Assembly: GCA_963841915.1 (NCBI GenBank)
Contig: CAWJEN010000006.1
Location: 1,568,001-1,632,000 of the forward strand
DNA from: an uncultured Planctomycetota bacterium
GTDB taxonomy: Bacteria; Planctomycetota; Phycisphaerae; Tepidisphaerales; Tepidisphaeraceae
Direction of reading: 5' to 3'
Length of the DNA: 64,000 nt
Position 1 is the stretch's first letter. Every line of letters starts with the position of its first letter. The translations under genes and the position numbers were made by a program. Below are positions 19,985 through 31,717 of the stretch, piece after piece. The notes under the pieces were generated by a model. The model did not search any database, had not been told where the DNA came from, and was given only the letters and a program-made list of their open reading frames with translations.

Positions 19985-21286
19985 ATGCCCGATGCCACCG
20001 CACCTCAGATGAACGGCCTGTCGACCCGCTCGCTCCACGCCGGCCACGTGGTCGACGAGCAGAAGTCGCGGGCGGTGCCGATCTACGCGACTTCGAGCTT
20101 TACGTTCGATAGCACCACCCACGCGGCCGAGTTGTTCGGGCTCAAGAGCTTCGGCAACATCTACTCGCGGCTCATGAACCCGACGGTCGACGTGCTGGAG
20201 AAGCGCGTGGCTGATCTCGAAGGCGGGGCGGCGGCGCTCGGTTTTGCCAGTGGCATGGCGGCCATCCAGGCGGCGATCTGCACGATCTGCCACAGCGGGC
20301 AGAACTTCGTCTCTGCCACGAGCCTCTACGGCGGCACGCACTCGCTCTTTTCTCACACGCTCAAGTCGCTCGGCATCGAGGTCCGTTACTTCGACCCGAC
20401 AAAGCCCGAAGAGATCGACGGACTTGTCGATGAAAACACGCGGTGTGTCTACGCCGAAACGATCGGCAACCCGAAGTGGGACGTGCCCGACCTCAAGGCC
20501 TTGGCCGAACGGGCCCACGCTTTCAAGTTGCCGCTGATCGTCGACAACACGAGCGCGAGCCCGGCCCTGTGTCGGCCGATCGAGCACGGGGCGGATGTCG
20601 TCGTTCACTCGACTACAAAATATCTCGGCGGACACGGCACGCACGTTGGCGGCATCGTTGTCGACTCTGCCAGCTTCGCCTGGGCAGACAATCCTGAGAA
20701 GTGGCCGGAGTTCTGCTCGCCCAACCCGGCCTACCACGGCATGGTCTTCGAAGAGTCCCTACGCGGGATCGGAAACGTGGCGTACATCATCCACATGCGG
20801 ACCAACTGGCTCCGCGACACCGGGGCAGCAATGAGCCCGTTTGCCGCCTTCCTGTTCATCCAGGGCATCGAGACGTTGGCCCTTCGCATGCGGGCCCACA
20901 GCGATAATGCGATGCGGGTGGCCCAGTGGCTCGAGGACCATGACGCGGTGGAGTGGGTGAACTACCCGGGCCTGCCGTCACACGCACAGCACGAGGTGGC
21001 CAAGCGGATGCTCGCCGATGGCTGCGGCGGATTAATGTCCTTCGGCGTCAAAGGCGGGAAAGAGGCGGGCGAGAAACTCGTCAACGCGGTGAGGCTCATC
21101 AGTCACCTCGCCAACATCGGCGACGCCAAGACGCTGATCATTCACCCGGCAAGCACGACGCATGCTCAGCTCGCTGAAGACGAACAACGACGCGCAGGCG
21201 TGTCACCGGAGACGGTGCGGCTGAGCGTCGGCATCGAAGACTTTGAGGACATCGTCGCCGACCTCGATCAGGCGCTGAAGGCCTGA
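19985..21286 (+). CDS. metY: O-acetylhomoserine aminocarboxypropyltransferase / cysteine synthase
   Basis: GNIYSRLMNPT, HSTTKYLGGHG (PLP lysine), HLANIGDAKTL. Confidence 0.92.
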   Translation: MPDATAPQMNGLSTRSLHAGHVVDEQKSRAVPIYATSSFTFDSTTHAAELFGLKSFGNIYSRLMNPTVDVLEKRVADLEGGAAALGFASGMAAIQAAICTICHSGQNFVSATSLYGGTHSLFSHTLKSLGIEVRYFDPTKPEEIDGLVDENTRCVYAETIGNPKWDVPDLKALAERAHAFKLPLIVDNTSASPALCRPIEHGADVVVHSTTKYLGGHGTHVGGIVVDSASFAWADNPEKWPEFCSPNPAYHGMVFEESLRGIGNVAYIIHMRTNWLRDTGAAMSPFAAFLFIQGIETLALRMRAHSDNAMRVAQWLEDHDAVEWVNYPGLPSHAQHEVAKRMLADGCGGLMSFGVKGGKEAGEKLVNAVRLISHLANIGDAKTLIIHPASTTHAQLAEDEQRRAGVSPETVRLSVGIEDFEDIVADLDQALKA

Positions 21287-21459
21287 CAAACCTCTGCGAA
21301 CGCGAGCGACGTGAGGGGTTCCAGACGCCTCACGTCGAAAGGTGCACTCCTGTTCCTTTGCTCGTCCGATTCGTCAATCCGTTGAAGTGCCTCGACTGCG
21401 CTCGGGATGATGGATGAACTCGCTACAGGAAAGCCAGCTCTAACGGCTACGCGCCAGCT

Positions 21460-21825
21460 CTAATTGCTGCGCGTAACGAGCCACAGGCCGTAGATGATCG
21501 CGAGCAGGCCGGCGACGTCGAGGCCGACCATGAACCACATGCCGCCCTTGCCGCCGAGCGCGTGCTGTGTGTCGACGACGGTCGACACAGCCATCAGCGG
21601 GGCCAGGGCGACGAGGGCGAGCCACCACCAACCGCTCATGCCACCCGAGCGAAGCAGCCACGCAGCAGCGAGTCCGACAGCGCCGCAGACGAGCCAGGCG
21701 ACAGGCCACGCCCACAACACCGTCTGGCCCTTCCACTTGAGGTAACCGAGCAACGCTGCCGACAGCGGATACGTCGCACCCACGATCAGCAGAATCATCC
21801 GGCCGGCGGCAACCTGTTCGTTCAC
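21460..21825 (-). CDS. Hypothetical multi-TM membrane protein
   Basis: Hydrophobic ORF with GTGA overlap with the upstream peptidase stop. Confidence 0.65.
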   Translation of the reverse strand: MNEQVAAGRMILLIVGATYPLSAALLGYLKWKGQTVLWAWPVAWLVCGAVGLAAAWLLRSGGMSGWWWLALVALAPLMAVSTVVDTQHALGGKGGMWFMVGLDVAGLLAIIYGLWLVTRSN

Positions 21826-24674
21826 TGGGCGGTCCGGGCCAGTGGCATCGGGACGACGGTCACCTCGCCGAACTCGGACAGCTGTTCCTCGACGATGTCC
21901 GCCGGAGCGACGACGACGATCGAGAAGTTCTCCGGATTGCCGTAGGTCGCAACGACGTTCTGGACGTCTTGGGCCGTGACTGCACTGATCTTTTCGCCGT
22001 AGGTGTTGTAGTAGTCGAGCGGGTAATCGTTCAGCAGGATGCTCGACCGAAGGCCCGACAGCTGGCCGACGGTCTGCTGGCTCAGCACGAGGCTGCCTGC
22101 GACGCGACGTTGCGCGTCGAGTAGTTCGACCTCGGTGACGGGCTCGCTGGCCATTGTTTTGAGCACGTCGAAAGCCGTGGTGATGGCCTCGGCTGTCGTC
22201 TCGGGTTTCGTGGCGAAGCCGACGGCGAAGTCGCCGCTGTGACGGCTCGGGCCAAAGCGCCCGCCAGCCCCATACGTCAGACCCTTCTCGGCCCGCATCG
22301 CACGGTTGAGTCGTGACTCAATGCCACCCGACAGAATTTGGGTCGCCACGCTGGCAGCGTACTTCTCATCGGAATCAGACTTAAACGAGCGATTGCCCAT
22401 GCGGACGGCCGCCTGACCGCCACCGGGGTTATCGACGAGTAGAATCTTCGGCTGGTAGTCGCCCAACGTGTACGTTTCGTCGGCGATCGCGTCGACGTCG
22501 GCAGACGTGACGTCGCCAAGCATCTTATTCGCAAAGGCTTCGGCCTCGTCACGGTTCATGTCACCGGCGAGGATCAGCGTGCGCTTCGGGTTCTTGTAGG
22601 CGGTGTCGGCGTAAGCGACGGCGTCATCAAGGCTGAGCCCGGCGATGACAGCGGGTGTGGCCGATCGACCTGCCGGCGCGTCACCGAACAGCAGCGTGTC
22701 GAACTCTCGAGCAGCGACGCCTGACGGGTCGGACAGGGCTTGCTGCAGTCCGCCCGCCGCTCGGGCTCGCAGGTTCATGAACTCGCGCTCGTCGAAGTTG
22801 GGTTGCGTCAACAACTCGCTGACGAAGTTGGCGGCCTCTTCGGATGCTTGTTTCGGGAAGCTGGCATTGACGCTCGTGTGGTCGCCGCCGTCACCGGCTG
22901 AGAGACTGATGCCAAGCGCATCGAGCTGCTCGTTCTGCTCGGTGGCGCTTCGGCCGGCCGAACCACGCGTCAGCAAATCGGCGGCGAGGCTGGCGAGGCC
23001 GACCTTGTTGTCAGGCAACGCGTCGCCACCAAAGCCGTTCATGATCAACGTCATGCCCACCAGCGGCAGACGCGTGTCTTGAATCAGGATCACATCCGTG
23101 TCGCCGACGGCGAACTCTTCACCCGTGTTGAAGTCAGCCGAAATGGTCTCGGTAGGGATGGGCGTCTTGGTCGGGTACGACTCAGGGAAGTCGAGCTTTG
23201 CGGCGTCCGACATCGGCTGCGTGCTCGGCGCTTCTTCGGCTGCCTCCATGCCCTCGACGGCAGCCTTGACCTGCTCGTCGGCTGTGTCGCCACCTTCGGG
23301 GTCACGACCGGGCAAGTATGTCAGGGTCGAGACCTTGCTGTCCTTGAGGTAGTGCTTGGCGACGCGGGCAATGTCATCGCTTGTGATGGCGTCGATCTTG
23401 TCTGCCTGGTTGTTCGCGTCCTGCGGGTCACCGCCAAATGCCCACGCCTCGGCGAGGCTACCGGCGACGCTGTCTGCCGTCTGCTGGCCACGCAGGATGG
23501 CGAGCTTCATCTGTGTCTTGGCCTTGGCGAGCTCTTCGTCCGTGACGCCTTCTTCGGCGACGCCGTTGAGCACGTCCATCGTTGCCTTCTCGACGGCCGC
23601 GGGATCCTGACCCGGGAGTACGAAGATGCTGGCGAACATGAGGCCTGCATCCTCGAGCCGGTACATGCCGGCCGACGCCTGCTGGGCGAGCGGCGGCTTG
23701 CCATCTGCACCGGCGACAAGCGCCTGATACATGCGGCTGGACCGGCCTGTGCCGAGGATGTTGCCGAGCACTTCCAGGGCGATCACGTCATCATCCGCCC
23801 AGCCGCCCGCCTTGAAGGCGAGCGTCAACGATGCAAGCGGGGCACGCTCGACATAGACGGTCTTTTCTTTCCGCTCGGTCTGCTCCGGCTCCGTCGGGCT
23901 CGGCCGCGGCACGTCGGCGCCGCGGGGAATCCAGCCGTAGTAGCTCTCGACCCACTCCTTGGCCTCATCGACGTCGAAATCACCGGCAATAGCCAGGACC
24001 GCATTGTTGGGAACGTAGTAGAGGTCGAAAAAGTCTTGCAGCTCTTGCGGCTGAGCCTCAAGCAGCTGATCCATATCGCCGATGGGCGTCCACTGGTAGT
24101 GCGACTCGTCGAAGGCGAGGTTGAAGAAGTCGATCGACTGCTTGCCGTAGGGCGGGTTGGCGACGCGGAGCAGGTACTCCTCGTTGACGACGCTGCGTTC
24201 GGTTGTGAACTTCTGTGCATCAACCTTGAAGGACGCCATGCGGTCGGCCTCGAGGTACAGGGCCATCTCGAGCGCGTTGCTCGGGACGGTGTTGACGTAG
24301 GCCGTCTGGTCGAACGAGGTGAAGGCGTTCGAGTTGCCACCGACGCCGTTGACAGAGGCCATGTGTTCTTCATTGGCCACGTGTTCACTGCCGCTGAACA
24401 TCATGTGCTCGAATAGGTGAGCAAAGCCTTGGCGATTGGGCTGCTCGTCCTTGGAGCCGACGTGGTAGAGGACGCGGACGTGGACGACGGGGGCATTGTC
24501 CATCGGCGCGTAAATGACGCGCAAACCGTTGTCGAGCGTTTGAGTCGTAAAGTCGATGTCGGGAACCACGATGTCGACGCTAACGGCGTCTTCCATTTGT
24601 GTCGCCGGCGAATCGGCAAGAAGCGTCGCGGCGGGCAGGGCGACAGCGAGGGACAGCAGCGGGGCGATGCGCAT
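21822..24674 (-). CDS. M16 (pitrilysin family) zinc peptidase, secreted
   Basis: Signal peptide; HLFEH (HxxEH); NAFTS; second lobe with RAEKGLTYG. Confidence 0.93.
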   Translation of the reverse strand: MRIAPLLSLAVALPAATLLADSPATQMEDAVSVDIVVPDIDFTTQTLDNGLRVIYAPMDNAPVVHVRVLYHVGSKDEQPNRQGFAHLFEHMMFSGSEHVANEEHMASVNGVGGNSNAFTSFDQTAYVNTVPSNALEMALYLEADRMASFKVDAQKFTTERSVVNEEYLLRVANPPYGKQSIDFFNLAFDESHYQWTPIGDMDQLLEAQPQELQDFFDLYYVPNNAVLAIAGDFDVDEAKEWVESYYGWIPRGADVPRPSPTEPEQTERKEKTVYVERAPLASLTLAFKAGGWADDDVIALEVLGNILGTGRSSRMYQALVAGADGKPPLAQQASAGMYRLEDAGLMFASIFVLPGQDPAAVEKATMDVLNGVAEEGVTDEELAKAKTQMKLAILRGQQTADSVAGSLAEAWAFGGDPQDANNQADKIDAITSDDIARVAKHYLKDSKVSTLTYLPGRDPEGGDTADEQVKAAVEGMEAAEEAPSTQPMSDAAKLDFPESYPTKTPIPTETISADFNTGEEFAVGDTDVILIQDTRLPLVGMTLIMNGFGGDALPDNKVGLASLAADLLTRGSAGRSATEQNEQLDALGISLSAGDGGDHTSVNASFPKQASEEAANFVSELLTQPNFDEREFMNLRARAAGGLQQALSDPSGVAAREFDTLLFGDAPAGRSATPAVIAGLSLDDAVAYADTAYKNPKRTLILAGDMNRDEAEAFANKMLGDVTSADVDAIADETYTLGDYQPKILLVDNPGGGQAAVRMGNRSFKSDSDEKYAASVATQILSGGIESRLNRAMRAEKGLTYGAGGRFGPSRHSGDFAVGFATKPETTAEAITTAFDVLKTMASEPVTEVELLDAQRRVAGSLVLSQQTVGQLSGLRSSILLNDYPLDYYNTYGEKISAVTAQDVQNVVATYGNPENFSIVVVAPADIVEEQLSEFGEVTVVPMPLARTAQ

Positions 24675-24700
24675 GATCGCCAAGGCTACGCACGCAAATT

Positions 24701-24733
24701 AAGAAGAAGCCGGCCACCCAAGGGCGGCCGGCT
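24701..24733 (-). terminator. Intrinsic terminator
   Basis: GCCGGCCACCC/GGGCGGCCGGC stem with a U-rich tail on the minus strand. Confidence 0.65.
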
Positions 24734-24760
24734 CCGGAAGCGTTGAAGATGCGAATGGTC

Positions 24761-25501
24761 TCAGGCCGTGACCTGCCGACGGCGCAGGCCGACGAGCGAG
24801 AGCAGCGAAAGGCCGGCCATTGCGGCCATGGGCTCCGGAATGACGACACCGATGGCTTCAACAGAAGCAACCAACTCGCCTGTTGGAACTGTCGTGGCAT
24901 CTAAAAGTTCGAGCCGAACCGTGTATTCGCCGGGACCAAAGTCGGGAACCAGAAAGCTCGCGGCAGCAACTGCCGTCAGGTTCACCGAATTTGAAATGAC
25001 GAATTGAGCATCGCTTGGTGAGTAGCCGCTTGTAAAGAACCCGTCACCGTCATCTAGGCTCTGATCAGACGAGAGAGTGTTGGCATCGGTGACTCTGAAC
25101 GCAGTCTGGTTGAAGGCAGTTGCAGAGGTTGGATCGATGTCAATCAGGAAGCGAATGAAGAAGTCGTTGTACGCTCCAGCATTAGAATTTCCGGGTGTAA
25201 ACTGGTAGTCAAACTGGAAATCGTCACTGTTTCCGACCACTCCGTCATCTTCGCGGATCGTGTATCGGTTGCCACTGACGCTACCAAGTGGCGGAAAGCG
25301 GTTCCGAATCTTCAACGCAAGCTGATCATTCGTCGTTTCATTTGTGGTGATGACGAAGTCAGTCCCTGGTATGCCGCTGCCCGCAAGAAACTCACTCGAC
25401 GTCCCCGTCTTAAATGGAGAAATCGTTGTTTCGGTGACGGTTCCAGCGCCAACTGGTGCAGCAGCAGCCGCAACAGCTGTGGCCATTAAGATGTGTTTCA
25501 T
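24761..25501 (-). CDS. PEP-CTERM sorting domain protein
   Basis: Signal peptide; IPEP + TM + RRR; lower-GC body. Confidence 0.85.
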   Translation of the reverse strand: MKHILMATAVAAAAAPVGAGTVTETTISPFKTGTSSEFLAGSGIPGTDFVITTNETTNDQLALKIRNRFPPLGSVSGNRYTIREDDGVVGNSDDFQFDYQFTPGNSNAGAYNDFFIRFLIDIDPTSATAFNQTAFRVTDANTLSSDQSLDDGDGFFTSGYSPSDAQFVISNSVNLTAVAAASFLVPDFGPGEYTVRLELLDATTVPTGELVASVEAIGVVIPEPMAAMAGLSLLSLVGLRRRQVTA

Positions 25502-25567
25502 TGGTATTGATGTCTCTTCCCTGCCGCCTTGACCCCCCGGGACCATCCCAAGATTAAGGCAACGTAA

Positions 25568-26650
<1,083 letters not shown>

Positions 26651-26658
26651 GCATCTGA

Positions 26659-26730
26659 AGCGAGCCCCTATCGTCAGCGAGGGGTCTTGATCGGTCGTCC
26701 AGAGACCCTCCCTCACGGTCGGGGCTCGCT
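26659..26730. repeat. REP-like inverted repeat pair between convergent genes
   Basis: AGCGAGCCCC...GAGGGGTCT / AGACCCTCCCTCACGGTCGGGGCTCGCT long imperfect stem. Confidence 0.6.
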
Positions 26731-26741
26731 CTGTGCGGGAC

Positions 26742-27164
26742 TCATCCGACCACGGGCAAACGACCTTTCGGGATCTTGTCGCGTTCGATCATCGACTTTC
26801 CGAGCACATCGTCGGCGTGCTTGCGGAGCTGCTCGGCACTCGTAAACAGGTGGTCGTACTCGTACTCGCCGCCGTGCCATTCGCAGCCGTCGGTCGTGTA
26901 AGTACGGCAAATTCTCGGCCGCGTCTCGTAGACGCCGCAGCGATTGTCGTCCTGCAAATGCTTGCATTTGCTGGCGAATGCGAGGTACCATTGGCCGTCT
27001 TCGACGAAGACGTGAACCGCCTCGTGCATGAGGTACCACCGGATGTTGTCGTAATCGTGGGCCGTCTCGGGGTTGTCCAGCGGCAGGGCAACTTGGCGGC
27101 AGCAGAGGGCTGCGCACTTGGCGCACAAGGGCGTGACGACTTTGCTGTCCTTGGTCTTCGACAT
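26742..27164 (-). CDS. YkgJ family cysteine-cluster protein
   Basis: CAKCAALCC...CKHL...CGVYETRPRICR. Confidence 0.9.
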   Translation of the reverse strand: MSKTKDSKVVTPLCAKCAALCCRQVALPLDNPETAHDYDNIRWYLMHEAVHVFVEDGQWYLAFASKCKHLQDDNRCGVYETRPRICRTYTTDGCEWHGGEYEYDHLFTSAEQLRKHADDVLGKSMIERDKIPKGRLPVVG

Positions 27165-27213
27165 CGACCTCCACCATATCGGCAAGCCCCTGCCGACGCG
27201 CCAAGGCTCACGC

Positions 27214-28332
27214 ATGACGCCGAAGCTGCTGGCCGGGTTGCCCAAAACCAACATGTCGCTGTTTCACCGCTGCCGCTTCGCCGTCGGTGATCCGGCGGCA
27301 TGGCTGGAGCTGCCGGGCGAGACCGTCTTCATCTGCCGCGACATCGAAGTCGACCGGGCCAGGCAGAACGTCAAGGCCGACCGCGTGCTATGTCCGGCCG
27401 ATGTTGTCGATTGCGAGCAACTCAGCGGAGAGCGAGATGTTGCAACCGCTCAGGCCGTCGCGGCCTTGCTCACAGCGGCGGGGCAGACGGTCGTCTTCGG
27501 CGACCGATCGCTCGGACTCGTCTACAGCGACGTGCTTGGCGAAAGCGGCGTCGAGGTGAAGCTCGACCCCGACCTCGGCATTTCAGACCGCCGCAGCAAG
27601 TCAGCCGAAGAGATCGAGCGGCTGACGCATTGCCAGTCCGTTGCGGAAAAGGCGATGCAATATGCCGGCGACATCATCCACTTGGCGGGCGTCGACGGCC
27701 GTGGGCGGCTGACTCACGAGAGCGATTGCCTCACGAGCGAGCGGCTCAAGGCGATGATCGAGATCGTGTTGCTCTCGCACGGCTTTGCCAGTGACGGCGG
27801 CATCATCGTCGCCGGCCCGCCGGCCAATCACGATTGTCATGACGCGGGAACCGGGCCGTTGCTGGCAGACGATCCGATCATCGTCGACATCTTCCCCCGC
27901 GACCGGTCGTCGCTCTATTGGGGCGACGTGACGCGGACGTTCGTCCATGGCACGCCGAGTAAAGAGCTGCAAGAGATGCACGCGGCGGTTTGCCAGGCCA
28001 AGGCCGCGGCCATGGCCGTTGTGCGGCCGGGGGCGACCGGTGCGGACGTCCATGCTGCGACGGTCGCGACGCTTGAAGAACACGGCTTCCGTTTCGGCCC
28101 GGCCACTGATGACGAGCCCACCATGCCTCACGGCACCGGCCATGGCATCGGTCTCGAGGTTCACGAAGCCCCACTTCTGGACGGCAGGGGCGGGCCGCTC
28201 GTCGAGGGTGATGTCCTGACGATTGAGCCCGGCCTTTACGGCAAGCGGGCGGGTGGCGTCCGTGTCGAAGACATGGTTGTCGTCACCAGCGACGGGTGCG
28301 TCAACCTGAACATGCTGAGCGAGACGTTGTAG
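27214..28332 (+). CDS. M24 family Xaa-Pro peptidase
   Basis: DIFP, GDVTRT, HGTGHGIGLEVHE, TIEPGLY, GVRVED. Confidence 0.92.
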   Translation: MTPKLLAGLPKTNMSLFHRCRFAVGDPAAWLELPGETVFICRDIEVDRARQNVKADRVLCPADVVDCEQLSGERDVATAQAVAALLTAAGQTVVFGDRSLGLVYSDVLGESGVEVKLDPDLGISDRRSKSAEEIERLTHCQSVAEKAMQYAGDIIHLAGVDGRGRLTHESDCLTSERLKAMIEIVLLSHGFASDGGIIVAGPPANHDCHDAGTGPLLADDPIIVDIFPRDRSSLYWGDVTRTFVHGTPSKELQEMHAAVCQAKAAAMAVVRPGATGADVHAATVATLEEHGFRFGPATDDEPTMPHGTGHGIGLEVHEAPLLDGRGGPLVEGDVLTIEPGLYGKRAGGVRVEDMVVVTSDGCVNLNMLSETL

Positions 28333-28340
28333 AGTGCGTC

Positions 28341-28880
28341 GTGCGAATCATTGCGGGCGAGTTTCGCGGGAGAAAGCTTCTCGGCCCAGCCGATCAGGCG
28401 ACGCGGCCGATCACTGATCGGGTCAAGCAGGCGATGTTCGACACGCTTATGCCTTACCTGGCCGGGGGTGGCCACGTTTACGACGTTTTCGCCGGCACCG
28501 GTAGTTTTGGTCTGGAATCGATGAGCCGCGGCGCCAGTGGCTGCACGTTTTTCGAACGGCACAAGCCTGCCCTCGAACGGCTACGACGAAACATCGAGAC
28601 GCTCGGCATTGTTGCCGACTGCACCATCCGCGTTCGCGACATCTACAACGGCGAGTTCCTCGATTTGCCCGAGGCTGACGTGATCTTCCTCGACCCGCCT
28701 TACGAGCATGTTCGCAAGCGGACGGACGACGTGCAGCGGCTCATCGACAAGTTAAGCGAGCGGCTTAGGGGTGACGGCGTCATCGTGTTTCGGCACGACA
28801 AGGCCGACGACGACGTGTTCTTCGAGCGGGAGCAAAGCCGACGCTCCTGGGGCGGCATGACGGTCCGGCTGTGCCGCTAG
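28341..28880 (+). CDS. rsmD: 16S rRNA m2G966 methyltransferase
   Basis: RIIAGEFRGRKL, RPITDRVK, DVFAGTGSFGLE, FLDPPY. Confidence 0.92.
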   Translation: MRIIAGEFRGRKLLGPADQATRPITDRVKQAMFDTLMPYLAGGGHVYDVFAGTGSFGLESMSRGASGCTFFERHKPALERLRRNIETLGIVADCTIRVRDIYNGEFLDLPEADVIFLDPPYEHVRKRTDDVQRLIDKLSERLRGDGVIVFRHDKADDDVFFEREQSRRSWGGMTVRLCR

Positions 28881-28893
28881 AGGAAGCGGCGAC

Positions 28894-30627
28894 TTACGCG
28901 TTGCCGATGCGTGGGCCGGTCTGCACGAACTTCAAGAGCGATCGCCAATCGGCGAATGTCGCGACGCTGGCGAAGAGCACTTCTGCAGCGGTCGTTGCGA
29001 CGCGGAGCAGCAGGGACAGGAAGAACAGGAACGCCCACCAGGCGTCCTGCCACTGGACCGGGTTGAACAGGTCGAAGAAGCCCGTCGGATTCTCGAACTC
29101 GCGGGCCATGGCAGTCTGGCGAAAACCCTCAATGGCAGCCTCCTTGACGTCTTCTGGGAGGAGCAGTGCTAGCGCGCCGACGAAGACAAGCTCGCGAATG
29201 CCGATGCCTGCCGGCGCGAACTTGGCGAGGTGCCCGACTGAGAATGCGAGCGCCCAGGCGGCCAAGACCGGCATGAAGACGTGGCCCCAATCGTCAGGCG
29301 CAAGCGGTCCACTGATGAGCAACCAGACGGCGGTGCCTTGCCAGGCGACGCCTGCGGTTTGCCACAGCGCCAGCGGCAGCAATCGACCGCCGGCCAGTCG
29401 AGTGCGGCCGCCGCGACCGATGAGGGGCATCAGCCGGTAGAACACCTTCGGCGAGGCCAGAATGAGGTTAGCCGGCACCAGCGCCAGCAACGCCATCCAC
29501 AAAGGTCGCCACGCCGGGGCGTCGGTCCATAGCGACCACCATGCTCCGATGCAGGCCACGATGAGAGCACCGACCAAAGCGAGCCCACTCTCGGTTCGGC
29601 CGGCCGCGTGGGCTTGTGGGCCACTGGCGCCATAGGGCCGCACGAGTTCCATCCGCAGCACAACAAAGGTGCGGCCCGGCACGATCCGCGCCAGGTGACC
29701 CAGCGACCAGATCCTTGTCGCCGGCCGCACCGGCATCGGCCGTCCAAGGCCGCGTAACACCTGCCACCACGTCGAGGCCCGGAACAATAACAAGCCGAGC
29801 GCGAACATGGTCGTGCCGAGCACGATCGACAGGACGTCGAGTTGCCCCAGCCGATCCTCGACCGACTGCCATTCGTCCACCACCGGCTCGACGACGAAGA
29901 AGAGCACGCCCATCGTCAGTGTCACGACGACGAGCCTGCGGAACCACGGCGACAGCTGCCTCGCCAGACGAACGAGCTTTTGCCGCTGTGTCGCGTCGAG
30001 ACCGATGATCTCGTCGCTGACCATTTCGGTCGCTCCGCCGATGCGTCGCCTGCGGGTCGGCAGCAGGCGGACGCCGTATTTGCGAAGCGTCTTGCGGAGG
30101 AACTTACGGATCGGCGGGACCCAGCGGGTCAAGACGATGTTGAGCAGCCACAGGCCGACCCAGGTGACGCCCATCGTGACCGGTGCCGCCAAGGCGGTGA
30201 TGCCGACCAACTTGGCGACGGTGCCGACGCCGTAGTCCTGAAGCGGCAGTCGGGCGACGATGCGCTCGTAGTAGTGCCACGCCGCCCACATCAGGCCTGC
30301 CGTGACGAGCACACTGAAGAAGGTGATGAGCCCGGTAAAGAGGGTCGACTCGATCGGCAGGCGTCTGCCGCGGAAGACGTGCGTTGTGATCTTCCGCTTC
30401 CCCGGCAGCGTCACAAGGGCAAAGCCGACGATGAACAACGGAATCCCACCCGGACCGGGGAGCAGCACGCCCAGGATCGGGCTGGCCAAGATAAATACCC
30501 AGCCGACCACGTTCTTCAGGACGAAGACGAGGTAGTTGCGGACGACGCGGTCGAACCACGAGAGCTCACTGACTGGCGTTCTACGCTCACGCGGCAACGT
30601 CGGCTTGTTCGTCTCGACGTCGTCCAC
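28894..30627 (-). CDS. Polytopic membrane protein (PGPGG motif plus lysylphosphatidylglycerol-synthase-like TM domain)
   Basis: LPGPGGIPL; SLGHLARIVPG; APAGIGIRE motifs. Confidence 0.7.
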   Translation of the reverse strand: MDDVETNKPTLPRERRTPVSELSWFDRVVRNYLVFVLKNVVGWVFILASPILGVLLPGPGGIPLFIVGFALVTLPGKRKITTHVFRGRRLPIESTLFTGLITFFSVLVTAGLMWAAWHYYERIVARLPLQDYGVGTVAKLVGITALAAPVTMGVTWVGLWLLNIVLTRWVPPIRKFLRKTLRKYGVRLLPTRRRRIGGATEMVSDEIIGLDATQRQKLVRLARQLSPWFRRLVVVTLTMGVLFFVVEPVVDEWQSVEDRLGQLDVLSIVLGTTMFALGLLLFRASTWWQVLRGLGRPMPVRPATRIWSLGHLARIVPGRTFVVLRMELVRPYGASGPQAHAAGRTESGLALVGALIVACIGAWWSLWTDAPAWRPLWMALLALVPANLILASPKVFYRLMPLIGRGGRTRLAGGRLLPLALWQTAGVAWQGTAVWLLISGPLAPDDWGHVFMPVLAAWALAFSVGHLAKFAPAGIGIRELVFVGALALLLPEDVKEAAIEGFRQTAMAREFENPTGFFDLFNPVQWQDAWWAFLFFLSLLLRVATTAAEVLFASVATFADWRSLLKFVQTGPRIGNA

Positions 30628-30716
30628 GGGCGCGGCAGCATAGAGGACAAGCAGCCCGGTGCGTCGACAACCCTTCGAGAACCCGCTCGTGCCTCCATAG
30701 CGGTCCTGCCCACGCG

Positions 30717-31130
30717 TCAGGCGTCACTGGAGGAAAATGCATTCTCATAGTGACGCACCACGGACTCGGCCCCACCCGGCAGCACGACCGCCACGATGTC
30801 GAATCTGACGACCGGGTCGTCATCAAGCGTCCGACGGTGGGCGGCGGCGACCTTGAGGATCTGGCGTCGCTTGTGGTGCCCGACGCGAAGTTCCGGCTGA
30901 CTGTCGGCCCGTTCGCCCGTCTTGACCTCGACATAGACGATCTGGTCGCCGGTTCGGCAGATCAGGTCGAGCTCGCCGCTCGGGCAGGACCAATTGCGGG
31001 CCACGATGCTGTAGCCGAGCTTGCGGAAGAATTGTGCAGCAACGTCTTCGCCACGACGACCGAGTTCGTGATGCTTGCCGCGACGGACGGTCGGGCGTTG
31101 TAGGTGCGAGACGAGCTTGCGGAGCCACAC
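30717..31130 (-). CDS. YraN (UPF0102) family protein
   Basis: LGRRGEDVAA, RNW, GELDLI, YVEVKT, RFDIVAV. Confidence 0.92.
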   Translation of the reverse strand: MWLRKLVSHLQRPTVRRGKHHELGRRGEDVAAQFFRKLGYSIVARNWSCPSGELDLICRTGDQIVYVEVKTGERADSQPELRVGHHKRRQILKVAAAHRRTLDDDPVVRFDIVAVVLPGGAESVVRHYENAFSSSDA

Positions 31131-31277
31131 GGGCCGACTGTAGAACCGTCTTTGAGCGGCCTGTGGGATTGCGAGCGTTGCCGCGGCCGATGAAGGGGCT
31201 ATAGTGCCGGCCCGACTTGGCCGGCGTGGCCTTGTCCCCATACGCACTGCCCCTAGATAAAGCTCCGACTTCCTCAG

Positions 31278-31613
31278 ATGGCTGTTAAGATTCGCCTTAC
31301 TCGCATGGGCCGCCGGCACCGCCCGTTTTACCGGGTCTACGCCATCAACGACCAGAGCAAGCGCGACGGCCGTCCGCTCGAACAGCTCGGTCACTACGAC
31401 CCGCTCGAAGCTGATCAGGACAAGCAGTTTGTTTGCGACCTGGACCGTGCCAAGTACTGGCTCGGCGTTGGCGCAATCCCCAGCGAGACGGTCAGCACCT
31501 TGCTCAAGAAGGCCGGTGTCGAGCACAAAATGCTCCGCCTGCCCAAGCCGGGTAAGCCCAAGCCGGTTGAAGGTGAAGAGGCCAAGGGCGAAGAAGCCAA
31601 GGCCGACGCCTGA
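31278..31613 (+). CDS. rpsP: 30S ribosomal protein S16
   Basis: MAVKIRLTRMGRRHRPFYR...GHYDP...WLGVGAIPSETV. Confidence 0.97.
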   Translation: MAVKIRLTRMGRRHRPFYRVYAINDQSKRDGRPLEQLGHYDPLEADQDKQFVCDLDRAKYWLGVGAIPSETVSTLLKKAGVEHKMLRLPKPGKPKPVEGEEAKGEEAKADA

Positions 31614-31636
31614 GGCCAATGCTTTAAGTGAACGAG

Positions 31637-31679
31637 ACGACGGGAGACGAGCCACCGGCTTCGTCTCCCGTTGCTTTGT
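31637..31679 (+). terminator. Stem-loop between rpsP and trmD (terminator or attenuator)
   Basis: GACGGGAGACGAGCC / GGCTTCGTCTCCCGTT followed by GCTTTGT. Confidence 0.65.
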
Positions 31680-31717
31680 GTCGTCTCGGTGACGCTGCTC
31701 GCCAATGCCCGCTCCGC